A stretch of DNA of 64,000 nucleotides from Blasia pusilla (taxonomy: Eukaryota): the NCBI GenBank assembly GCA_050084515.1, contig CM114271.1, positions 22,010,001-22,074,000 of the forward strand, read 5' to 3'. This document shows, piece by piece, positions 15,131 through 25,892 of the stretch. A program made the translations under genes and the position numbers. Within the stretch, counting starts at the first letter, position 1. Every line of letters starts with the position of its first letter. The notes under the pieces were generated by a model, which did not search any database, was not told where the DNA came from, and was given only the letters and a program-made list of their open reading frames with translations.

Positions 15131-16104
15131 GGGGGTGGGTATTCTAGCAGGAGAGAGGAAGATAGTCTAGTCTCTCTTCTAAATAAATCCCAAAATCCTT
15201 GACCTCTCCTAAAAAATTTCCTCTATTTGTTAATATTATCCTCTACTTCAAATGAAATAAATGTTTGAAAGAAAATGACAAGGGAAAAAACTAATCTCAT
15301 TTTTCAAACCAAGATATGAAGATGGAAATGTGAAGATCACTCCGGACATGCTTAAATCACTCTCTCTATAAGTTAGTGTTTCTAGAGCATGAGGATATCT
15401 TATAATTGCAGAACCATCAGATGGAATTTTATTACTACAAAACTAATTATAGTTGTTCAAAATACACTTTGACTTTGGGGTCTAATCCAAGACTCCCATT
15501 CTCATTCCCAACACTTTGTTAGAATTCAACAACCAATAATGACAATCTTGGAGATAAAGGAATTGAAAAAGAGGAGAGTTGATTTGGTGAAATGCGCTTA
15601 CTCATAGACTCCATTATTCCTTCATTGTATTTGTCCTTCATTATTCTTGCATGTTGCAATAAAAGTATACTAAAGATGAACTTGGACTTGGAAGAGAGAG
15701 TATACAATGTTGACTAGGCAAACACATAAGGAGTAAAGAACCATTTTGGGTTTGTGGAGTATCGTGAGGGCGTATGAGGCATTGTAATGGTTAGTTTATC
15801 ATTGATCTCATAAGGTAATCCTCTAACATTTTGAATAGAGACAAGTTCCAAGAAGTGAGTAGAAAAGAGATAGCGTGGATGTGAAGTTGGTAGAAAGTGG
15901 AGGATTGCAATATTGCCAACAATGACTTAGAAGACTTGGAGGCCTCGAATGACTTACAAGACTTGGCTCAGGAATGGCTACATAGAGTCTTTAGAAGGCT
16001 GGTGGGCTTTTGGAAACCATGATTAAACATAAATGTCAGAAGTGAAGGAAGCCAACAACAATGCCTAAAGGAAGGAATGAGAGGAAAAGAGAAGCAATCA
16101 GCTA

Positions 16105-16900
16105 GCCAACCTGTCAAAATCCGACACATTGCAAGACTTCACAAGTGAAGAACAAAATCATTCATTGAATGAAAATTAGAGATGGGGAATAGAAACAAAG
16201 AATGAAATGAACAAAAACAACATGAAAAATCAGAGGCTAGAATATAAAATGAAGGAATGAGAAGAAAGAAGAGAATTTAGACAAGCAACTTGTCAGAATC
16301 TGACAGGTTGCAAGACTTTAGAAGGGAAAAAACTCTTGCAACACATGAAAAATCATAGATAAAAAAAAAGAAAAAAAAAAGAGAATGTAATAAATAGAAG
16401 GAAATCATCTTGACATGCAACTAGTCGGAATTCGACAGATTGCGTGATAGAATGTAAGAAAAAAGAGGTAAGAGAAAAGAAAGAATGAAGTTACTAGAGA
16501 CATTGTGAACAACATGTAAGAATTACACTTGTTGTTAGACTTGACCATGGTAAAATTCTAAGCAAAACCTTGAAATACATATGAAAAAATGATAAAAAAA
16601 ACACACAAGTTCCATTCCGACATGCAACCCGTCAGGATCCAAATGAGGAAAATAATGAGAGGAAAGACATGACCACTGAAAAATTGAAGGAAATAGGAAC
16701 CTAATATATATACATATACATATGAAGGTAGAGAAAGGTAGGAAACACACAAGTTCCATTCGGACATGCAACCCGTCCAAATCAGATAGGTTGCAAGATA
16801 TGATGTAAGAAGAAATAAACATCCATATGAAGAAATGATAGGAAACACATAGGTTCTATTTAGACATACAACCCATTCAAATGCAACAAGTTGCAAAACA
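16105..16900. repeat. Array of about 6 imperfect 30-bp palindromes separated by A-rich spacers
   Basis: Core (T)GCAACCTGTC-N5/6-GACAGGTTGCA near 16105, 16285, 16416, 16622, 16766 and 16866. Confidence 0.65.
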
Positions 16901-17084
16901 TGATAAAAAGAGAAACAGTTTTGAGACTTGACTCATCAAGGGTAAGAAAAAAGAAAGAATTATGATAACATAGACGCTACTTGCAAGTTATCAACAACCC
17001 ACAAGATGCAACACACAAAAATTGCAAACTTTTGAGTTGTTGAGGTGATCTTATGATGGAGTTCAGAGACCATCATTACTTACA

Positions 17085-17507
17085 GTGGATGTGACTGTGA
17101 AAGATTCGTCCACCACAATCTTGGACGGTGTGCAAATGATCCAACACTCGCCACATCCGACATCATCGCCGATGCTATCCACAATCACACCTAATGCACA
17201 CTCACCATCATTGGGGCTTGAGTGTCACTTAATAATGGGACAGTCTCCAAAATGTAGGTTGGAGAACATCTTCGGGTAGTTTGCAAGTGTCGAAGAATTC
17301 GCAACATTCCCCAAAACATGGCTGACCTCGGGTCTTGTAAACAAAGTCCTAAACCCGCTGAAGAATTATCGTGACATAGCCATCCTGCCACCACTAAATG
17401 AATTAGACCAACCCTATCCAAATCCTATGCCCCCAACAATGAAATTTCGGCCAAAAATACATGTTGATATCCCCTGATTATAGACATGGGCAATAATTGA
17501 GGATACT
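17085..17507 (-). mobile_element. Older methyltransferase-gypsy copy, left piece (MTase motifs III-VIII)
   Basis: The minus strand reads YPQLL...RGYQH...HLVVAGWLCHDNSSAG...TYILE...AHRPRLWWTNL, homologous to 24820-25230 (+). Confidence 0.85.
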
Positions 17508-18777
17508 TGTGATACCCACAATTTTGTACTTTTGAAGAAATACTTCTTTTTATTCAACGAAGGCTTGTATATATATTATGATTTTGATTATTATATATTA
17601 TTATGGGGAGGAATGAGTAAGATTAAAGTGAATCACGAAGCTCCAAGGACAAGGCAGAGAGATAGAAAATCAAGGATAAAATAACGAAGTCTCAAGACCC
17701 AGCAAGAAGCTTCGGAACAACAACGAAGCCCTGTGAAGCTCTATTAAGCTCTGGCTATGAAGTGCTTCGCTCTATAACGAAGTATAACGAAGCATAACGA
17801 AGCGTAAGAGAAAGAAGTACTTTGCTCTTGAACGAAGCACGAAGAACGAAGCACCTGGAACAAGAACAAAGAATGGAGCGCTTCGTCTTCAGATCAGGAG
17901 AAAGAGCTTCGTCCTCAAGCGAAGCAAAAGAGGTTCAGACTTAGCAGCGAAGCGAAGCTAAGATTGACAGTGATTTCAAGCGACATATAGTTAGAACAGT
18001 TAGAATAGGAAAAGACGCAACCCTTTGTATCAGATTGGTAGTTATGACAGTTTTATTCTGCAGATTCTCAGGGATCATAGGAAAAGCAAAGAGCACCATA
18101 GATCTAGGTAGTTACAAATGTTGAAGAGACACCATCTTCATAAAAAATGCTTCGAATCTTTGGATCACTCCTCCTTCAGAGAGTATTTAAGAAGCATAGA
18201 AGTAGCTATCATTATCATTCTCTTACGAAGTCCTCATGCTGTATGGTCCGAGCAAGGGAGTAGTACCCTCTTGAGCTTGTATACACTTTGAAGCTTTCTC
18301 ATTCTTGATGGAGTAGTAAAGCAATCATTCATTCATTCTGATGTGCGATGCTTATATCTGAATATTCTTTTTGGGTCTGCAGAGTGAAGAGTGAATCAGG
18401 CCAACCTTTCTCATCAATGGAATAATCAACATAAAGTTGTAGGAAATCTGTTTGACAGAGAGTAGCCTGCCGAGACGGATTGAGTTCCGAAAGTAGGAGA
18501 AGCCAGCTTTCATGTTGAGGTCTCTGTGAGGTTTCTTGATATCGAGAGAAATCAGCCTAAGCATGCTGTCAACTCCACTAGAGAGAATTGAGAAAAGAAA
18601 CTTTGGTACTAAGAAAGATCTGAATATATTGATAAGACATTGAATATAAACCATACACATTTAAATACAACTATTACAATAGAATTGTAATTTCGAACTC
18701 TCTTTTCATCAAACAATGATCCTCTTGGGGATTGAACTTAGTAAACGACTGTAAAATAGAAACTCTTGTACATTACA
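17508..18777 (+). repeat. 5' LTR of the Athila-like element
   Basis: Starts TGT right after the TSD. The last 97 bp (18681-18777) match 36521-36618. Many (A)ACGAAG(C) motifs in 17630-17960. Confidence 0.8.
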
Positions 18778-18795
18778 TATAGAACCAAAACTTTT

Positions 18796-18813
18796 TGGCG
18801 TCGCTGCCGGGGA
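18796..18813 (+). promoter_or_regulatory. Primer binding site, tRNA-Asp type
   Basis: TGGCGTCGCTGCCGGGGA, two mismatches from the plant tRNA-Asp PBS TGGCGCCGTTGCCGGGGA. Confidence 0.8.
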
Positions 18814-21800
18814 TCATAAGATTTTTGGAGAGGGAGAGAGACACATGGGGAATCCAGGAGCGGGGAAGGAAGCCTCGTCTCCTAGAAGACCCAACCATCT
18901 AGTTCTTACGAAAGACCATCTGCTATCTCTAACTATCCCCCTAAGACAATGGATGAAAGAAGATAACAACCGGTTTGCTGCATTGATGCTAGAAAAGATA
19001 GAACAATTAATTAGTATTTTCAAAGAACCAATCGCCGAACGGTGCTTTGCCCATGAACGTCAGTTGTACTTGATGATGACCCGATACTTCTGTTTATGGG
19101 AGGAAAACATGGCAGGAAGATTAAGAGCACCTGCACAGTCTTGTAGGCTTTAGGAATTAGGAATTAGGAAGATCTAATTTCCCTCCATGGATCCCTACCT
19201 TGTGGCAATCGTGGGTGCGGAAGCAAGCTCCCGAATCCCAGAAGGGACTCATGGAAGTCTCCCGGCCCTCTTTGCGAGATCAACGAGTTGATCGATGCAA
19301 TAAGCAACAAGAAGATCACCCGTATTGGAGACCGCAGGGGGTGTCTCCTAGTCTTGTCTTTGCACGAAGCCCAAGAGCAAGAAGAGGGACAGGAATACGC
19401 TCCCCAACACGTCTCTTGCCAGTTTGCAGTCGGACGAAGAGTCAACCTTTGGGGACTCGGGGGACGAGGAGCCGACCAAATCAACTAGATCGGAACCGCT
19501 GCCTCCTCCCTCCCGAGCATCAAGCCCGGGACCCAGCAGTAGACATTTCCCAATGGCCAACACTAGGAAGACGCTGCTAAGATATCCCACGTTTGCAGGG
19601 GGACGGCGAGATGATGTTGACAACTTTGTGCTAGAATTTACCCATGTAGCCAAGGCTAATGGGGAAGGCTCAGAGGAGGATTTGTTGGGAGTCTTTCCTG
19701 GCATGCTTAAGAAGCAAGCAAGCCAATGGTACGAGGGTCTCGGAGCGGACGTCACGGAAACCTGGAAAAAGGTACTGGAGGCCTATCTTCATGAGCTTTG
19801 TGACCTAGAGTTCGAGGACAGGCTTTTGACGAAGCTTCGCGACCTGAAACGTAAAAAGAAGGAAACTCTCAGGGAATACACCCAAAGGTTTCGTAGCCTT
19901 GTGAATAAACTTGAACACACTACTACCTCACAATTGGTAGATTGGTTTGTATCGAGATTGTCCAAAGAAATGGACCGGTATTGTCGGCGAGGCCAATGAG
20001 ATTCCCTGGAAGAAATCATAGCATCTGTAGAGGCGTATGAGGCCTCCTAGAAGTCCCGTAAAACACAAAGACGGCGTCATCAACGACGAGGTTCTTCGCA
20101 AACTAGTTCTTCGTCCGAGGACGAAGCGTCCTCTACAGACACGAAATCCTCTACTGGGAACACCTCGGAATCCTCGAACTCCAAAAAAGATTTAAAATCT
20201 AAGCGGAAAAGAAAAAGCACGCTCCACCACTCTCCCAAGCATTCTCACATCTGAGTAGCCGATACTCCGAGATCTATCGTGGATAGGACGTAGGAGCCAA
20301 CGGACTATCTTGAGTGTAACTTTGTCCCACTGTGTCCGATGAGGTTGAGGATAGGTCCATTTTGTGAGGAACGTCGTTTCTCATAACTTTCATGTCGAGG
20401 TCTTCCACAGCCTGGTGACTTGTTGACCAGGTCACCCGCCCTTGGTAACCTATGCGCGCAGGTTACCAAGGGGAGGACTATTTTTAGGGTAAGAGCCTTT
20501 TGGCTCTTCCCAACCCTATATAAGAGAGGAAGATGGCTTTCCTAAGCCATCTTTCTCATGTTGGGCCGTTGGAGCACCTCCCTTGTATGTGTGTGAGATA
20601 GGACTAGGGTTCTAACGTCCGAATTCCTTGATAGCACAGGGTGGACGAGGCTCGATATGTCGATGTAGATTGAGCCATTTTTACTACTCTTTATTTTTAC
20701 ATGAGAAAGATGTCAGGGGGCTGGTGGGAATTTGTTGTTTGCAGGTAGGCAAGCGAGTTGCCTTGGTCGGGAGCCCGTGGAGACGTTGGTTGGCGTCGTA
20801 TTTGTCATTTTTTCTGTTGGGAAGGCCGTGGGCGGAAGCGCTGTCCGTTTTTTTCAGATTTTGCTGGTGCGGATTGATGGGGGACAGCAAGAGGGTGAAG
20901 CCCAAGTTGTGACAGCAGGTATAGCGTCGTCTAATAGCGGGAATGTCGGGATTTAGCAGGAAGGAGAGTTAGGGCTTGCAGCCACCGGGGGGCTGTCAAG
21001 TAAAGGGCATTTAGGTCAGGGGGCGCGGACGGGTGAACGGCGACGGTCGCGGATGGGAGGACGGCAATGGTCGCGGATGGGAGGATGGCGACGGGCGGCG
21101 ACCGCGCGTGGAGGAGTGCATGGGCAAACGTGGTAGGACCGGATGTGGTGGAGTTGCAGGGGCTGAACGTGGTAGCGCAGTCCGACATGGTATCACAGTT
21201 GGCCGGAGTGACGTGGTAAAGTCGGACGTAGTCGAAAGGGAAGACATGGTTGGGAGCCGACCAGGGTGAGTCAGGTTACATGCCGCGTGTGGGGATGGAC
21301 GGAGAGGTTTGCGCGACAGGGCGTTGCGAGAGTTGACGATGGAGGGGCAGTGCAGATGATGCCGAAAGGTTGTCCACATTTGTTGACGGGAGGATCGACG
21401 TGTTGGTCGAGGAGAGTGTTGTGTTGCGGAGGTTGTCATATCACATGGAGGAGGGCATGTTGACGGAGCAGCAATTGGAGGGCATGATTAGGTTACCCAT
21501 TCAAGTCCCTTTTCCCGCACTTGCCGTGTGTGATTAAGAGTGATGGGTATCCGGTAGTAGCTGGTGCTAGGTGGGTCCAGCGATGGTGACGAGTGTAGAT
21601 TCTTTTCATGTGTAGCATGTTGGTGGATATATGGCGGTTGCCGAGTAGGGGTCGCGTGTATGATCTGAGAGAGTGTCGCTACGTTAGGTGAGTCAGTTGG
21701 GAGGCTCATGGTGAGCCTGAGTGCTGAGTGTGCGTGAGGCCGGGTATGTCATCAGGGGATTGATGTTAGCATAGGTGAGCTAGTGAGGCGTGTGGGAGAC

Positions 21801-22035
21801 TCTCGGTGAGTCTGAGTGCTTGAGCGGGTGAGACAGGGTTTGTCATCACGGCGTTCTTCCAGGGTTCGGAAGAACGGGGTAGTGCGAGCAGTAGTAGTGG
21901 TGTGATATGGAGTGGAGTGAGATACCAAGGGGTTCCCGTGAGGAGCTACCTCAACATCCATCTGTGGTTGGATCGTCATCACTATACATTGGGTCTGGTG
22001 ACGAGCTTGTAGACAGAGACAGTAGTACTTGGCAA

Positions 22036-24300
22036 GAGATGGACGACATGGGCCATCGGGGCATGCGTCGTTTCTCGGGTGCAGTGGGCACCATCGACTT
22101 AGATGATTTTATCCAGGAGTTCGACACGTGGTGCAACTTCCAAGAGATACTGACCCCGACACGATTCAACCCTTTCATGGCATGGAAGGGGTTGTTCTAG
22201 CACTTGGAGGGTCCTCCGATGGATGACTACATGGAGTTTCGATCACTACATTCTGTAGAGATCGATGCTTGGAGGATGTATTGGGCTCCTGGGTATGTGT
22301 CCACTAGTGGTTGCGAGGCATATGATGGGATTGTGAGAGGAGAGAGACCCACACCATCAACCCGGAGACTAGATGGAGAGGAGGGCAGTGAGACAGGCGA
22401 TGTGGCAGAGACCTTTGGTGGTAGAGGGCCACCCAGCTTCAGCCCCACAGTGGAGTTCTTTCGACAGTTGGGGAAGAGCTACCAAGGCGTACGCACCGAC
22501 AAGTTGAAGAGTCTATAGGATTTTCAGCGACGATCGGGTGAGAGTCTGAGAGAGGCATTCACACGCATGAGGAGGCTAATCATTGCTACGTATGGAGTAA
22601 CTGAGGCGCAGTCAGTCCAATATTGGTACGGGGTTTAGGGTTTAGGGTATTGGTACGGTGCTGATTCACACAGCGAAGCCTACATTGAAGGTAGTCTTTG
22701 AGTTTTCTGAGCGTATTGAGCTCAACATGAGTGAGGAGCAGGTAGTGACCGCTGGATTTTCCCGAGAGTCAACGGGTCCACGAGCGACGGTGACCCTACA
22801 GATGCCACTGCGACCACCAACACCACGGGAGCGGGCTAGTGTGCCGAGAGAGCAGGGCGGGTACTGTGAGCCTATGAGGCAACGACCCGTAACTACATAT
22901 GTTGCCCAGCAAGAGTCGATGTGGTCTTGTTGGACGTGTGGAGGGGCCCTTAGGCAGAGAGACTGCCCACAGCATGGGAGAGGACCACCAACACCTCCGT
23001 TTGCTCAAGAGCCACAGAGGATGGCCCCACCACAGCACTAGTGTGACTATTGCCACAGATATGGTCACACTAGGGATAGATGTTTTGACCTTCACCGAGG
23101 GGCACGTCCAGAGGTAGGTCGAGGGACTGGGGGCGGTCGTCTTGGAGGAGGTTGGGGAGTTCTTCTTGGACGTGGTGGTAGAGGACCACCACCAACCAGA
23201 GGAGATGGAGCAGGAGCACCAGAGCCGGCACTTCTCTCACGCATCGATCAGTTGGAGCAGAGGATTGCTGCCATGACCATGATGCAGCTTAGGGAAGGCA
23301 CGGAGCTGCGAGCAGCTGGTGTGACTCTAGCTTCTACCTCTTACCCTGACTCGGGTGAGGATCTCGCCAATATGTGTAGTGCAGCCCAAGTTGAGGAAGC
23401 TGCAGTGGTGACTCGGGGTGTTGCGAGAGGCACAGAGCCAACGAGAGGTGGAGTTGAGATTGACCCACCAGAGGGGACCGATGGGCCGCAAGCCAGGGTT
23501 CCACAGTCATTCACGTTGTCGGAGGCACTACACACACCATCAATGGTGCCTCAAAGACCAGCGGTGCCTACAACTCAACGTCGACCATAGTGTTGGAGGT
23601 GGCCACCAGAGTGAGTCAGACTCCACTATTTTCTGCCATAGAGTGGCGACGTTGGGAGTTGGACCAGTCGAGGTGTTCCGGCTGGCCGCCACGTTGTGTG
23701 AGCGTGGAGAGATGACAGCTTCTTGTTTAGAGGTAGTTGAGGAGGTGGTGGACTTGCCCTCAGAGCCGGTGCTTAGGACGTTCCTGATAGAGTCATGGCA
23801 TGCGGGGGCGCGAAGTTGGTAGATATGCCAGCTCGACCTGCCATAGAGCGAGCAATGGTAACACCTGGAGTAGTGTTACTGGATAACCGAGCTGGAGTAT
23901 TTCGCTTGGTTAGTCCGACGGGGACAGTATACCACCCGCAACGCGTCCTACTTGATTCGGGAGTGCAATCCTTGGTGTTAAGGAAGGCGGCGTGTTTAGC
24001 GTTGGGGTTACGGAAGGCCGACATTGAGCCTTGTCCCTTCCAGATACAAACCTCGATTGGAGGCGTATCACCCACTCACTATATGACTCGACAGGAGATT
24101 GTTGTCAGAGTCCAGCCATAGCATGCGACGGATAGTGCTATGGTGCGCACACGTGCGATTACTACACCAGTTGAGTCGTACGATGTGTTGGTGGGGAGTA
24201 CAGTGTTATATCCCCTAGGATTCATCCTTGACTTTTGGGAGGAGACCATTGCTAATCGGCCAGGGTGGCGGTCAGGTGATGGCCGGATGAGTCAGTTACC
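22036..24300 (+). pseudogene. gag and aspartic protease of the MTase-gypsy element
   Basis: FSGAVGTIDLDDFIQEFDTWC; zinc knuckles CWTCGG..RQRDC and CDYCHRYGHTRDRC; protease RVLLDSG...YDVLVG. Several in-frame TAG stops. Confidence 0.8.
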
Positions 24301-24669
24301 CGTGCAGTTTGCGGGACGAGGTGGTCGATCACGAGGCGAGTCTGTGACCACGTTGGCGATTTTCACAGGTAGTGTTAGCTGGCCAGGAGAGTTGTTGGAG
24401 GGGAACGCACATGCGGAGGATGTCCCAGTAGCGGATAGTCCCACGGAGAGACAGGCCATGGCGGGTGTCTCTTCCCATGTTGGCGAGACCTCTTCACCAT
24501 TGTGGGATACGACTCGAGAGCTACAGAGGAGTGCTGACGACTTGGTGAGGCAGGCGTGGAGTCATGCTTTTATCCCGGAGCAGCGAGAGTCACGTGGCGA
24601 TCGGGCTCTTGGAGTGGAGATGTTGACTCCACTGGATACCACAACCGTTTTGTGGCAGAGCCCAGAGGA

Positions 24670-25625
24670 GGGTGTTAGCGTGTTAGATCTCTTGGGAGGG
24701 ATTAGCACCGGATTGGCTGCAGTATTGCAGGCGGGCATACGAGTGCATCAGTACCTTTATGTGGAGAGAGATGAGACCGCGCGGCGAGTATCATTACGTC
24801 ACGTGGCGAGATTGGTCCAGAGGTATCCTGGGCTGTTTTTGGTATCTGCAGTACGGGGATATCAGCATACACTACCCGCCAAAATCTCTTTGGTGGGGCC
24901 GCAGGATCTGGATAGAGTTGGCACCATTCATTTGGTGATTGCTGGATGGTCATTTTAGGGTCATTCATCAGCTGGCCGAGGATTTGGATTGCAGGATCCG
25001 ACGTCAGGGATGTTTTGGGAGATGATGCGAGTAGAACGACACTTGCAGGAGAGTCAGACATGTTCTCCAACGTACATCTTGGAGAACGTGTCGTTGTTGG
25101 GAGACACTCGTGCACGTGTGATGACGAGTGTGTATAAGGTGAGGTCCTGGTTGGGACCTGCTGTGTTATTAGATGCGGCGAGAGTTGGATCACGTGCCCA
25201 TCGTCCACGATTGTGGTGTACGAACCTGATACCAACAGAGGTACTGAGTCGAGCATACGATGGAGTCCAGAGAGAACCACATCTCATAGTGGATGCTATT
25301 TTTGGGCTTAGGGCGTCAATCTCAGGTGGTGACACGGGATGATAGACCCCTGTTGGCCATGGCCAATAGGGTGGGGGAGTTGAGGGCAGCCTTACCTACG
25401 TTGGTGAGCTTCCCACCATCCCATGCCTTTTGTCAGGGAGGGCCAGGCATGATTTGGGATGAGGTGACCGGAGCATTGGAGGAGCCTACAGCAAATGAGC
25501 GCGAGCGCGCCATGGGTTTCGCTACCGATACTACGACGGTGCCAGGGATGACAGAGGCATCCCGAAGACAGGTGTTGGGGCAGGCAATGGACCTCAACTG
25601 TCTCACATGGATAGTCAACCTAGGT
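24670..25625 (+). pseudogene. DNMT3-like C5-cytosine DNA methyltransferase catalytic domain within pol
   Basis: Motif I VLDLLGGISTG, II YLYVERD, IV IAGW(SF*)GHSSAG, VI YILENV, VIII DAARVGSRAHRPRLW, IX NERERAMGF, X RRQVLGQAM, in canonical order. One stop and one frameshift. Confidence 0.88.
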
Positions 25626-25892
25626 ATGGCTGAGCAGAGACGGATGCGAGTGTCATCCATGCCGTCACGTCCACGAGTTGGACCATAGCCTACAGGGTCT
25701 GTACAAGCATTGGTTGGGGGCGAGATGAGGAGAGATAGGCACCCATGGACTTCTTGGGACGTCGTTCGAGCAAAGAGTGTGAAGGCGGCTAGAGTAGCAC
25801 ATATTCATTTTTTGGATGTGGAGCATGGTGGAGAAGGTCAAAGTGAAGTGGCTGTTGCAGAGGTGGCTAGGGTTGCTACATAGCAACCAAAG

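Noticed and set aside
16105-16900. CRISPR array interpretation of the palindrome-spacer pattern
   Set aside because: Eukaryotic context, degenerate repeats, 70-170 bp low-complexity spacers and no cas genes.
20247-20251. ACATC as a perfect 5-bp TSD with the element starting TGAG at 20252
   Set aside because: TCTCACATC is also present at the start of A2, and only the GCAT/ACAT junction restores the host gag frame. Disfavoured, not fully excluded.
24670-25625. Host DNMT3 gene or bacterial restriction-modification contamination
   Set aside because: Intronless, embedded between protease and RT, and present at the same position in a second element copy.
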